Of a stretch of DNA of 64,000 bases, positions 46,077 to 55,815 are shown in pieces. The notes beneath the pieces were generated by a model. The model saw nothing but the letters and a program-made list of their open reading frames with translations, searched no databases and was not told the origin of the DNA. Positions within the stretch are counted from its first letter, which is position 1, and each line of letters begins with the position of its first letter. This DNA is from an uncultured Rhodocyclaceae bacterium. GTDB lineage: Bacteria; Pseudomonadota; Gammaproteobacteria; Burkholderiales; Rhodocyclaceae. Location: the NCBI GenBank assembly GCA_964602565.1, contig CAZRRI010000004.1, forward strand, positions 4,668 to 68,667, in the 5' to 3' direction. The position numbers and the translations under genes were made by a program.

Positions 46077-46627
46077 CCGAAGCGCGCAAGTTCCGCATCG
46101 CGACAGCGAGCCTCGCCGGCTGTTTCGGCTGTCACATGTCGTTCCTCGACATCGACGAGCGCCTGCTCGACCTGCTGCAACTGGTCGAATTCGACCGTAC
46201 GCCGCTCACGGACATCAAGACCATCGGCGCGCACGGCCTTTGCGACATCGGCCTCATCGAGGGCGGCGTCTGCAACGCGGAGAACGTGCATGTGTTGCGC
46301 GAGTTCCGGGCCAATTGCAAGATCCTCGTCGCCATGGGCGCCTGCGCGGTCAATGGCGGCCTGCCGGCGCAGCGCAACCATCTCGACCTGCGGGATATCC
46401 TCAGCGAGGTCTATAACACCGAGGCCGGCCTTGCCCACGGCGGCATCCCCAACGATCCGGAACTGCCGCTGCCGCTCAACGAAGTGCATCCGATCCACGA
46501 GGTGGTGAAGGTCGATTACTTCCTGCCCGGCTGCCCGCCCTCCGCCGACGCGATCTGGAAGTTCCTCACCGACCTCCTGGCCGGCCGTACGCCACACCTT
46601 GCGCACGGTCTGCTCCACTACGACTGA
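46073..46627 (+). CDS. hoxY: NAD-reducing hydrogenase small subunit HoxY
   Basis: The ATG at 46073 overlaps the hoxU stop. SLAGCFGCHMSFLD and GCPP motifs. 184 aa. Confidence 0.85.
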   Translation: MTEARKFRIATASLAGCFGCHMSFLDIDERLLDLLQLVEFDRTPLTDIKTIGAHGLCDIGLIEGGVCNAENVHVLREFRANCKILVAMGACAVNGGLPAQRNHLDLRDILSEVYNTEAGLAHGGIPNDPELPLPLNEVHPIHEVVKVDYFLPGCPPSADAIWKFLTDLLAGRTPHLAHGLLHYD

Positions 46628-46638
46628 CAAAGACCGCC

Positions 46639-48120
46639 ATGAGCTCCGATCTCGAAACCGCCGCCCATCCCGAACAACTGAAGCGCGTCGCCATCGACCC
46701 GGTATCGCGCGTCGAGGGCCACGGCAAGGTCACGCTGCTATTGGACGAGAACAACAAGGTGCACCAGGTGCGCCTGCACATCGTCGAATTCCGCGGCTTC
46801 GAAAAATTCATCCAGGGCCGCCCGTACTGGGAAGTGCCGGTGATGGTGCAGCGGCTGTGCGGCATCTGCCCCGTTTCGCATCACCTCGCCGCCTCGAAGG
46901 CGCTCGACATGATCGTCGGCGCCACGCAACTGACGCCGACGGCGGAGAAGATCCGCCGCCTGATGCACTACGGCCAGATCCTGCAATCGCACGCGCTGCA
47001 CTTCTTCCACCTTTCCTCGCCCGACCTGCTGTTCGGCTTCGACGCCGAAGTGGCCAGGCGCAACGTGGTCGGCGTCATCGCCGCCTATCCCGAAACGGCG
47101 AAGAAGGGCGTGCTGCTGCGCAAATACGGGCAGGAAGTGATCCGCATGACGGCCGGCAAGCGCGTGCACGGCACCGGTTCCATTCCCGGCGGCGTGAACA
47201 AGTCGCTCGGCGCCGAGGAGCGCGCAGCCTTGCTGAAGGACGCCTACCAGATGGTGGCCTGGAGCCGCGAGGCGGTGGGCCTGGCGAGGCAGCTGTTCGA
47301 GCAGAACGCCGACTTCAACAACGCCTTCGGCCGCTTCGATGCCCATTGCATGAGCCTGGTGCGCGCCGACGGCGCCATGGACCTGTACCACGGCGGCCTG
47401 CGCGCACGCGACATGACCGGCGGGATTCTGTTCGACCACTTCGACTACAGCCGCTACTGGGACGTCATCGTCGAGGACGTCAAGCCGTGGTCGTACATGA
47501 AGTTCCCCTTCCTGCGCTCCCTCGGGCCCGAAACAGGCTGGTATCGCGTCGGCCCGCTGGCACGCGTCGCCAATTGCGACCACATCCCGACGCCGCTCGC
47601 CGACAAGGAACGCGCGGCCTTCATGGCCTTCCCCGGCGCGGCGGGCGCGACGCTCGGCTATCACTGGGCGCGCATGATCGAGATGCTGCACGCCGCCGAG
47701 AGCATCAAGGATCTGCTGCACGACGACGACATCGAAGGCAGCGACCTCGTCGTCACGGGCGAGCGGGCGGAGCGCGGCGTCGGCGTCATCGAGGCGCCGC
47801 GCGGCACCCTGATCCACCACTACCGGGTCAACGAAAACGACGAGGTCATCCGCGCCAATCTGATCGTCTCGACCACGCACAACAACCAGGCGATGAACGA
47901 GGCGATCCGCCAGGTGGCGAGACAGTACTTCGACGGCAGGGAAGTCACCGAGGGCCTGCTCAACCATATCGAGGTCGCCATCCGCGCCTTCGACCCCTGT
48001 CTGTCGTGCGCCACGCACGCGCTCGGTCGCATGCCGCTCGAAGTCGCCATAGTCAGCCATGGCGGCACGCCAATCGACCGCATGTTCCGCGACGAACACG
48101 GCCGCTGCTCGCGCGAGTGA
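46639..48120 (+). CDS. hoxH: NAD-reducing [NiFe] hydrogenase large subunit HoxH (group 3d-like)
   Basis: IDPVSRVEGHGKV, RLCGICPVSH and C-terminal DPCLSCATH followed by an extension. Confidence 0.9.
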   Translation: MSSDLETAAHPEQLKRVAIDPVSRVEGHGKVTLLLDENNKVHQVRLHIVEFRGFEKFIQGRPYWEVPVMVQRLCGICPVSHHLAASKALDMIVGATQLTPTAEKIRRLMHYGQILQSHALHFFHLSSPDLLFGFDAEVARRNVVGVIAAYPETAKKGVLLRKYGQEVIRMTAGKRVHGTGSIPGGVNKSLGAEERAALLKDAYQMVAWSREAVGLARQLFEQNADFNNAFGRFDAHCMSLVRADGAMDLYHGGLRARDMTGGILFDHFDYSRYWDVIVEDVKPWSYMKFPFLRSLGPETGWYRVGPLARVANCDHIPTPLADKERAAFMAFPGAAGATLGYHWARMIEMLHAAESIKDLLHDDDIEGSDLVVTGERAERGVGVIEAPRGTLIHHYRVNENDEVIRANLIVSTTHNNQAMNEAIRQVARQYFDGREVTEGLLNHIEVAIRAFDPCLSCATHALGRMPLEVAIVSHGGTPIDRMFRDEHGRCSRE

Positions 48121-48581
48121 CGGCGCCGATCCTCGTCTTCGGCTGGGGCAATCCGTCGCGCGGCGACGATGCGCTCGGGCCCTTGTTCGTCGAGCGCATC
48201 GAGGCGCTGGGCCTGCCCGGCGTCGAGTGCCTGACGGATTTCCAGTTGCAGGTCGAGCACGCGCTCGATCTTCGGGATCGACGAGCGGTGCTTTTTGTCG
48301 ATGCCAGCGTCAGCGCGGCGGCTCCCTTCGAGGTCGGCGAGATTCAGGCATCGCCTGACGCCAGCTTCACCACCCATGCGCTGTCGCCGCGGGCGGTACT
48401 GCAAGTCTATGTCGAACTCAACGACGAGCAGCCGCCGCCCTGCCGGCTGCTGGCGATTCGGGGGGAAACATTCGAGCTCGGCGCGCCGCCCGGCAGGGAA
48501 GCTTCGGCCAATCTCGACGCGGCCGTCCTGTGGGCGCGCGACTGGCTTCAGGCCGGCGCGCCGGATGGCGAGCCCGGCTAG
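48117..48581 (+). CDS. hoxW: HoxW-type hydrogenase maturation endopeptidase
   Basis: The GTG at 48117 overlaps the hoxH stop. ILVFGWGNPSRGDDALGP motif. 154 aa. Confidence 0.75.
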   Translation: MTAPILVFGWGNPSRGDDALGPLFVERIEALGLPGVECLTDFQLQVEHALDLRDRRAVLFVDASVSAAAPFEVGEIQASPDASFTTHALSPRAVLQVYVELNDEQPPPCRLLAIRGETFELGAPPGREASANLDAAVLWARDWLQAGAPDGEPG

Positions 48582-51286
48582 CCCGCCGAGCCCTGGCGCC
48601 GGCGCGCCAGGTAAAGGCTCAATTCCTCGGCCGGCAACGGCCGGCTGAAGTGATAGCCCTGCGCCAGGTCGCAGCCGAGGCCACGCAGGTGCTCCAGCTG
48701 CGCCCCGGTTTCGACGCCTTCCGCGACCACTTTCAGCCCGAGGCTGTGCGCCATGGCGATCGCCGCCGCGCAGATGGCGGCGTCGTTGGCGTCGATTTCG
48801 ATGTCGCCGACCAGGGAGCGGTCGAGCTTGAGGCCATGAATCGGCAGCAGCTTCAGCCGGGCAAGCGACGAATAGCCGATGCCGAAGTCATCGACCGACA
48901 ACAGCACGCCCAATGCGCGCAATTGCCTGAGCACGCCGATGGTGGTTTCCGGCGCGTCCATGGTCACCGTCTCCGTCACTTCCAGTTCCAGTTGACCCGG
49001 CGCGATCCGGTTGTCCTGCAACACGCGCCGCACGACGGCGACGATGTCGCGCTTGCGCAATTGCCGCATCGACAGATTGACCGCGACGCGGATGCCCGGA
49101 TAGCCGCCCGCCACCAGGCGTTCGCATTCGCGGCCGGCTTGCTCCAGCACCCAGCCGCCGATGGCCTCGATCAGGCCGACCTCCTCCGCCAGCGGAATGA
49201 ACTTGTCCGGCGGCACCAGGCCCTTGGTCGGGCTTTGCCAGCGGATCAGCGCCTCGACCGCGACCACCGCGCCCGTGGCGATATCGATCTGCGGCTGAAA
49301 ATGCAGCCGGAACTTCTCCCGCGCCAGCGCCTGACGCAGCGCATTCTCCAGTTGCAGGCGCTCGGCGGCGGCCTTGTTCATCGCTTCCGTGAAGAACTGG
49401 TAATTGGCCCGCCCCTGCGACTTGGCGTGATACATGGCGGTATCGGCCGCCTTCATCAAGGCCCCGGCATCCTCGCCGTCGGACGGAAAGATGGCGATGC
49501 CGATGCTGGGCGTCGAGCGTAGCTCGTGGCCGTCGATCCGATGGGTCTGCGACAGTTGCCGGACGATCTTGCCGGCCATCAGCGGCACAGCGTGCGTGGC
49601 GCCGTCGGTCAGGTCGGTCATGACGACGACGAATTCATCGCCACCCGGGCGGGCGACGATGTCGCTGGCCCGCACGCAGGCGCGCAAACGCTCGGCGACA
49701 TTCCGCAGCAACTGGTCGCCGACCGGATGGCCGAGCGTGTCGTTGATCGCCTTGAAGCGGTCGAGGTCGATGAACATCACCGCCAGTTGCTGGTTCTCGC
49801 GCCGCGCCGCGACGATGGCCTGGGCCAGGCGCTGGTCGAGGCTGAAGCGGTTCGCCAGGCCGGTCAGCGCGTCGTTGTGGGCCAGCTCGTGGATGCGCTG
49901 CTCGGCCAGCTTGCGATCCGATATGTCGGTGAAGCTGCCGATGTAGTGGGTGGGCGCCCCGTCGGCGTCGCGCAGCGTCGAAATGGCCAGCCACTTGGGG
50001 TAGCAACTGCCATCCTTGCGGCGGTCCCAGATCTCGCCCTGCCAGTCGCCACTCTCATTGATGGCGCGCCACATCTCGGCGTATTCCCCGGGCAAGGTGC
50101 GGCCCGCCGAGAGCAGGCTGGGATTCCTGCCCTGAACGTCGGCCAGCGCGTAGCCGGTCAGCGTGGTGAAGGCGCGGTTGATCGAGACGATGCGCTTGTC
50201 GGCGTCGGTGACCAGGATGGCCTCGCTGGTGTGCTCATACACGCTGGCCATCAGTTTCAACCGTTCCTCCGCCGACTGGGCCAGGGCGGTCGCGTGCGCC
50301 ACGCTGCTCTTGCTTTCCTTGAGCAGGCCGCGCATCAGCCAGAGCAGCACCAGCAACAGCATGCCGGCCAGGACGAACACCAGCCGCTTGGTCCGCCACG
50401 GAGCCAGCACCTCCTCCTCCGCCAGGCCGGCCGTCACGTAGAACGGGGCGTCGGCCAGGACGCGCACGCCGAGGATGCGGGACTGGCCATCGACGTAGGC
50501 CAGCGTCCGGACCACGCCTTCGCGCAAGCCGCTGGCGATGACGCCGCGCATCGGGTGATCGGCGGGCAGGCGGCGCGCAAGTTCCGGCGGCAGGGGCGGC
50601 CGGCGCAGCACCAGGCTGAAGTCGTCGCTGCGCCAGATGGTCAGGAATCCCCGCGCGCCCACCTCGAGCGAGCCCAGCAGCCGTTCGAAGTAGGCCAGGT
50701 CGATCTGCGCGCCCAGGGCGCCCAGGAACACGCCATTGGCCGCCCGCAGCGGCAGCAGCACCATGAAGGATTCGACCTGGTCGGCGCCGTGCCTCATCAC
50801 GCCGGAATAGGCGATCTCCTGCCGGGGATCCTCGCGCAGCTTGCGGAAACAGGACGCCTCGGTCATATTGAGCCGCCAGGGATCGTCCACCTCGGAGGTG
50901 TACATGAGACCGCCGTCGGCGCCGAAAACATGGAACGCCTTGATTTCCGGAAATCCCTTGCCCTCGATGGTCAGTTCGGTGTTCAGATACTGCTCGTACC
51001 GGTGCAGTTCCGCCTGGCGCATGGCGTCGGGCCGAACCTTGCCGGCCAGATTGTCGAGCGACGAACGGGCACGGTCGAGCGAAGCGCTCCAGCGAGCCTC
51101 CGTCAGCCACGCCAGGTTCCGCACGTTGGTCTGCGCGGCCTGGATCGCCTGCTGATGGCTGAACCAGAGCGAATAGGCCAGCAACACCACCGCCGTGACG
51201 AACACGACCAACAATGGCGGCAAGATGCGATGGCGATGAAAGCCCTTGAATCTACCGATGTTCACCACATCATCCCGACGAAACAT
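48578..51286 (-). CDS. Membrane Cache/PAS-GGDEF-EAL signalling protein
   Basis: Start at ATG 51286 (MFRRDDVV). TM helix, periplasmic sensor region and second TM helix, then PAS, RPGGDEFVVVM and an EAL domain (ELEVTET...DDFGIGYSSL). Confidence 0.85.
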   Translation of the reverse strand: MFRRDDVVNIGRFKGFHRHRILPPLLVVFVTAVVLLAYSLWFSHQQAIQAAQTNVRNLAWLTEARWSASLDRARSSLDNLAGKVRPDAMRQAELHRYEQYLNTELTIEGKGFPEIKAFHVFGADGGLMYTSEVDDPWRLNMTEASCFRKLREDPRQEIAYSGVMRHGADQVESFMVLLPLRAANGVFLGALGAQIDLAYFERLLGSLEVGARGFLTIWRSDDFSLVLRRPPLPPELARRLPADHPMRGVIASGLREGVVRTLAYVDGQSRILGVRVLADAPFYVTAGLAEEEVLAPWRTKRLVFVLAGMLLLVLLWLMRGLLKESKSSVAHATALAQSAEERLKLMASVYEHTSEAILVTDADKRIVSINRAFTTLTGYALADVQGRNPSLLSAGRTLPGEYAEMWRAINESGDWQGEIWDRRKDGSCYPKWLAISTLRDADGAPTHYIGSFTDISDRKLAEQRIHELAHNDALTGLANRFSLDQRLAQAIVAARRENQQLAVMFIDLDRFKAINDTLGHPVGDQLLRNVAERLRACVRASDIVARPGGDEFVVVMTDLTDGATHAVPLMAGKIVRQLSQTHRIDGHELRSTPSIGIAIFPSDGEDAGALMKAADTAMYHAKSQGRANYQFFTEAMNKAAAERLQLENALRQALAREKFRLHFQPQIDIATGAVVAVEALIRWQSPTKGLVPPDKFIPLAEEVGLIEAIGGWVLEQAGRECERLVAGGYPGIRVAVNLSMRQLRKRDIVAVVRRVLQDNRIAPGQLELEVTETVTMDAPETTIGVLRQLRALGVLLSVDDFGIGYSSLARLKLLPIHGLKLDRSLVGDIEIDANDAAICAAAIAMAHSLGLKVVAEGVETGAQLEHLRGLGCDLAQGYHFSRPLPAEELSLYLARRRQGSAG

Positions 51287-51409
51287 GCGGAAAATGCTAA
51301 TTCTGACCAAGCTCGGCTCCCCCCGCAAGTTCCGGTGTCGATCAGCGGCGCGAAGGGTGTAACATTCCCCCCAATATCCGAGCACTGTCGTGATGGCAAG
51401 GCAAGCGAA

Positions 51410-52108
51410 GTGAGAATTGCACTGTTGGAAGACGATGCCGCGCAGGCCGAGACGCTGGCCGAGTGGCTGCACGAGGCCGGACACGACGTTCATGTCTTCG
51501 GTCTCGCCCGCGATCTGGTGCGCCATGTCAGCCGCGAAAGCTTCGACACGTTCCTGATCGACTGGATGCTGCCCGACCAGAACGGGCGCGACGTGCTGCG
51601 CTGGCTGCGCCAGGACAAGGGCGAGACGGCGCCGGCGATCTTCGTCACCTCGCGCAATACCGAGGAAGACATCGTCAGCGGACTCAGCGCCGGGGCCGAC
51701 GACTACATGATCAAGCCGATACGGCGGCGCGAACTGCTCTCCCGGCTGGAGGCCATCTGGCGGCGCAACCGGCTGCACGAGGCCGGCCAGGAGATCATCG
51801 ATGCCGCGCCCTACCGGCTCGACCTCAAGCATCGCACGGTCTCGCGCGACGGCAGGCCCCTGGAAAACCTGACCGACAAGGAGTTCAGCCTGGCGGTATT
51901 CCTGTTCCAGAACCCCGGCCGCCTGCTGTCGCGCGGCCACCTGCTGGAAGCGATCTGGGGGCTCAACGCCACCATCCCGACCCGCACGCTCGACACCCAC
52001 ATCAGCCGCCTGCGCAAGAAACTGGAACTCTATCCAGTCAACGGTTTCCGCCTGCTTCCCGCCTACAACTACGGTTATCGCCTCGACCGGTTGGAACGAA
52101 CCGCGTAG
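51410..52108 (+). CDS. OmpR-family response regulator
   Basis: GTG start. Receiver domain (IALLEDD...LIDWMLPDQNG). Winged-helix domain (LTDKEFSLAVFLFQNPGRLLSR...TLDTHISRLRKKL). Confidence 0.8.
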   Translation: MRIALLEDDAAQAETLAEWLHEAGHDVHVFGLARDLVRHVSRESFDTFLIDWMLPDQNGRDVLRWLRQDKGETAPAIFVTSRNTEEDIVSGLSAGADDYMIKPIRRRELLSRLEAIWRRNRLHEAGQEIIDAAPYRLDLKHRTVSRDGRPLENLTDKEFSLAVFLFQNPGRLLSRGHLLEAIWGLNATIPTRTLDTHISRLRKKLELYPVNGFRLLPAYNYGYRLDRLERTA

Positions 52109-52148
52109 GCCGTGGTGCCCGCCAACATCTGCCGACGAGGACGTCCCG

Positions 52149-53795
52149 ATGCCACAGTCGCTTCCAATGCCCCCCTGGCGCCCGCGCCTGGCCCCGCTGT
52201 GTCTTGCCTGCCTGCTCGGCCTGGGCGTCGCCCACGCGGCCGACGATCGCGCCGACGATTATCGTTACCGGGTCCGGCCCGGCGACACCCTGATCGGCAT
52301 CGGCAAGCGCGTGCTGGAAACTCCGCGCGACTGGCGCGCGGTCGGGCGGCACAACCGGATAGCGGAGCCGAATCGACTGATTCCCGGCTCCACCCTGCGC
52401 ATTCCCGTGCCGCTGCTGCGCCGCGAAGCCGTCAATGCGCGCATCGTCGCCGTCACCGGCCACGTCACCGCCAATGACGCGAAGGTCGCGGCCGGCACCG
52501 ATGTCGGCGGCGGCACGCACATCGCCACCGGCGCGGACAGCTTCGCCACCCTCGAACTGGTCGACGGCTCGCGCCTGGTCTTGCAGCCGGACAGCCGGGT
52601 CAAGCTCGACGAACTGAGCCGCCACCGCCACGCCGGAACCACGGAAACGCGCCTGCGCCTCGAACGCGGCCGCATGGAATCGGTGGTGGTCAAGACGCCG
52701 CGCGCGCGCTCCCGTTTCTCGGTGATCATGCCCACCGCCACGGTCGGCGTGCGCGGCACGCGCTTCCGCGTCGCCGCCGAGGAAACCGGTTCGGCAAGCC
52801 GCGCCGAGGTCACCGACGGCACCGTCGCCGTCGGCGGCGGCAAGGGCGGTAAGAGCACCGCCGTGCCGGCCGGCTATGGCGTCATCGCCGAGGCCGGCGG
52901 CAAGATATCGCCGCCCGTCGCCCTGTTGCCGGCGCCCGACCTGGGCGGCCTGCCGGCCGTGCAGGACCGCACCATCGCCCGCTTCGCCTTTCCGCCGCTG
53001 GCCGGCGCCCGGCAATACCGGATACAGGTCGGCGCCGACGCCGAGATGCGCACGGTTCTCGCCGAGGTCCGCTCGGCGAAGCCGGAGGCCAAATTCGCCG
53101 ACCTGCCCGACGGCCAATACACCCTGCGCGTGCGCGGCATCGACGACCGCGGCCTCGAGGGCCGCGACGCCGACGCACCCTTCAAGTTGAAGGCGCGTCC
53201 CGAACCGCCCTTCGCGCTTTCCCCGGTGGGCGGCGCCAAGCTGCGGGGGGAATCGGTCGAGCTCGCCTGGTCGAGCAATCCCGATGCCAGCCACTACCAG
53301 GTCCAACTGGCCGACGCCGCGGGCTTCGACCGGCCGCTCCTGGAAATCGAACGCGTCGACGGCACGGCCGTTTCCCCGGCGCGCAAGCTGCCGCCCGGGG
53401 ACTATCGCTGGCGCGCGCGCAGCGTCCGCGCCGACGGCGACCGCGGCCCGTGGGGCGATCCGCAGCACTTCGTCCTGAAACCGCTGCCGGCCGATCCGGA
53501 GTCGCCGAAGGTCGCCGAGGAGGAAATCGCCTTCGCCTGGTCGGGCGAACCCGGCCAGACCTTCCTGTTCCAGTTGGCCCGGGACGCCGGATTCACCGAT
53601 CTGGTGGCCGAACAACAGTTGAGCCAGCCCTCGGTCGCCATCGCGCGGCCGGACGGCGGCGGCTATTTCATGCGGGTGCGCGCCACCGACGCCGACGGCT
53701 TCGTCGGCCCCTTCACCCGCCCGCAACGGATCGAGGTGCCGCCGCGGCCGTGGCCCTGGTGGCCGCTGATGTTGCTGCTGCCGGCGCTGATGTGA
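52149..53795 (+). CDS. Secreted LysM + FecR-domain protein with Ig/Fn3-like repeats
   Basis: Signal peptide. LysM (YRVRPGDTLIGIGKRV...IPGSTLRIP). FecR-like region (GTRFRV). Confidence 0.65.
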   Translation: MPQSLPMPPWRPRLAPLCLACLLGLGVAHAADDRADDYRYRVRPGDTLIGIGKRVLETPRDWRAVGRHNRIAEPNRLIPGSTLRIPVPLLRREAVNARIVAVTGHVTANDAKVAAGTDVGGGTHIATGADSFATLELVDGSRLVLQPDSRVKLDELSRHRHAGTTETRLRLERGRMESVVVKTPRARSRFSVIMPTATVGVRGTRFRVAAEETGSASRAEVTDGTVAVGGGKGGKSTAVPAGYGVIAEAGGKISPPVALLPAPDLGGLPAVQDRTIARFAFPPLAGARQYRIQVGADAEMRTVLAEVRSAKPEAKFADLPDGQYTLRVRGIDDRGLEGRDADAPFKLKARPEPPFALSPVGGAKLRGESVELAWSSNPDASHYQVQLADAAGFDRPLLEIERVDGTAVSPARKLPPGDYRWRARSVRADGDRGPWGDPQHFVLKPLPADPESPKVAEEEIAFAWSGEPGQTFLFQLARDAGFTDLVAEQQLSQPSVAIARPDGGGYFMRVRATDADGFVGPFTRPQRIEVPPRPWPWWPLMLLLPALM

Positions 53796-53802
53796 CCCGG
53801 CG

Positions 53803-55779
53803 ATGACGCTGCGCGGCCGCACGCTGACCGAGTGGTCGCTGCTTTGCCTCCTGCTGGTCGGGCTGGCGGGCCTGTCGGCCTGGCAGGGCTGGCTGTGGCG
53901 GGTCGACCACCTGCTGTATGACGCCGGGCTGCCGCTGCTGTCCCGGCAGGCGCCCGCCGACATCGTCATCGTCGCCATCGACGAAGCCAGCCTGGCGCGC
54001 ATCGGCCGCTGGCCATGGCGGCGGGCGGTGCACGCCACCCTGCTGCACAAGCTGGTCCAGGCCGAGGTGGCGGTCATCGGCTTCGACATCATCCTCAACG
54101 AGCCCGACACCGACGATCCCGATGGCGGAGCCTTGCTGGCGGCGGCCATCGCCCGCCATGGCCGCGTCGCGCTGCCCGTGATCCCGGCGCCGACCGGCGC
54201 CGCCCAGATCGGCACGGGGCGGCCGCTGGCCACCTTTTCCCGGGCGGCGGCGGCGCTCGGGCACATCGAAATGCCCATCGACGCCGACGGCATCATTCGC
54301 GGCCTGTATCTGCGGGCGGGCGACGGCGCGACGATACATTCGCACCTGGCGCTGGCGATGCTGTCGCTCGCCGACCCGGCGCGCGCCGCCCCCTACCTGT
54401 CCGCCGCGGCCGCGGGCGACGTCCCGGGGCCGGCCGACTGGCGGCGCGACAGTTGGCGCCACCTGCGTTTTGCCGGGCCGCCGGGCAGCTATCGGACCGT
54501 TTCCTACGTGGATGTCCTCACCGGCGCGGTCGACGCCCAACAGTTGCGTGGCGCGCTGGTCATCGTCGGCGCCACCGCCGCCGGACTCGGCGATCTCCAC
54601 GCCACCCCCATGTCGGCTTCCGGCCAGCCGATGGCCGGGGCCGAGATCATCGCCAACGCGCTGAATGCCCTGCGTGCCGGCGAAACCATCGTCTGGCTCG
54701 ACCGCGCCACCACCACGGCGATCTCGGCATTCATGGTTCTGCTGTTGCTGATCGGCCTGCTCTACCTGTCGCCACGCACCGGCCTTGCCTGGTCGGCCGG
54801 CGTCGGCCTCGCCGCCGTCGCCGTCGGCGTGCTCCAGCTGCGCTGGGGCCAGCCCTGGCTGCCGCCCGGCGCCATCCTGCTCGGCGCCGCGCTGGCCTAC
54901 CCGCTGTGGAGCTGGCGGCGGCTCGAGGCGACCCAGCGCTTCATGGACGAGGAACTGCGCCTGCTGCGCGACACCGACCCGGCCACCCCCGCCGCCGAGG
55001 TCATCGGGGTCACCGAGGCCGCCGAGGCCGGCCTCGATCCGATCGACCACCGCATCGCCATCATCCGCGCCGCCGCCGAGCGGCAACGCCTGACACAGAA
55101 GGCGCGCGAGGACATGGTGCGCTTCATCTCGCACGACATCCGGTCGGTGCTGGTGTCGATCATCACCCTCATCGAGGGCGCCGCCGGGCGCGACGGCAAG
55201 GACCGCGGCCTCGAGCGCATCGGCCGCTACGCCCAGTACGCGCTGGACCTGGCCGACGACTTTTCCCGGCTGAAAAAGGCCGAGACCGTCGATCCGCAGA
55301 CGTTCCGCGAAGTCGATCTCGCCGCGCTGGCGCAGGAGGCGGCCGACGAAATGTGGCCGCAGGCCGATGCCAGGCGCATCACCATCGCCGTCGACGACGC
55401 CGGCGGCCAGGACGCGCTGGTGCTGGGCGACCCGTCGCTGCTGCGGCGGGTATTGACCAATCTGGTCGGCAATGCCATCAAGTACAGCCCGCCGGACACG
55501 ACCGTGCGGCTGGTGCTTGCCGAGGACGGCAAGTGGCGCGAGATCGCCGTCGTCGACGAAGGCTACGGCATTCCGGCCAGCCAGATGGACAGGCTGTTCA
55601 CCCGGCATGCGCGCATTTCCCGTCCCGGCCAGCCCGACCAGCCGGGCATCGGCCTCGGCCTGGTGATCGTCAAGACCATCGTCGATCGCCACGGCGGCGG
55701 CGTCTCGGTCGAAAGCACGCCCGGCGCGGGCTCCACGTTCCGCGTCCGCCTGCCGCGCGCGGCGTCCCGCCACGGCTGA
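53803..55779 (+). CDS. CHASE2-domain sensor histidine kinase
   Basis: CHASE2 region (IVIVAIDEASLARIGRWPWRR), TM helices, H-box FISHDIRS and a HATPase domain (GIGLGLVIV). Confidence 0.85.
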   Translation: MTLRGRTLTEWSLLCLLLVGLAGLSAWQGWLWRVDHLLYDAGLPLLSRQAPADIVIVAIDEASLARIGRWPWRRAVHATLLHKLVQAEVAVIGFDIILNEPDTDDPDGGALLAAAIARHGRVALPVIPAPTGAAQIGTGRPLATFSRAAAALGHIEMPIDADGIIRGLYLRAGDGATIHSHLALAMLSLADPARAAPYLSAAAAGDVPGPADWRRDSWRHLRFAGPPGSYRTVSYVDVLTGAVDAQQLRGALVIVGATAAGLGDLHATPMSASGQPMAGAEIIANALNALRAGETIVWLDRATTTAISAFMVLLLLIGLLYLSPRTGLAWSAGVGLAAVAVGVLQLRWGQPWLPPGAILLGAALAYPLWSWRRLEATQRFMDEELRLLRDTDPATPAAEVIGVTEAAEAGLDPIDHRIAIIRAAAERQRLTQKAREDMVRFISHDIRSVLVSIITLIEGAAGRDGKDRGLERIGRYAQYALDLADDFSRLKKAETVDPQTFREVDLAALAQEAADEMWPQADARRITIAVDDAGGQDALVLGDPSLLRRVLTNLVGNAIKYSPPDTTVRLVLAEDGKWREIAVVDEGYGIPASQMDRLFTRHARISRPGQPDQPGIGLGLVIVKTIVDRHGGGVSVESTPGAGSTFRVRLPRAASRHG

Positions 55780-55815
55780 CTTTCGCGCCCCGATGGCGGC
55801 CACGAGGAAACGACC

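Noticed and set aside
48578-48581. Convergent hoxW and GGDEF-EAL genes share a palindromic CTAG that supplies both stop codons
   Set aside because: It is real in the sequence, but a 4-nt convergent overlap is a common packing feature with no implied function.
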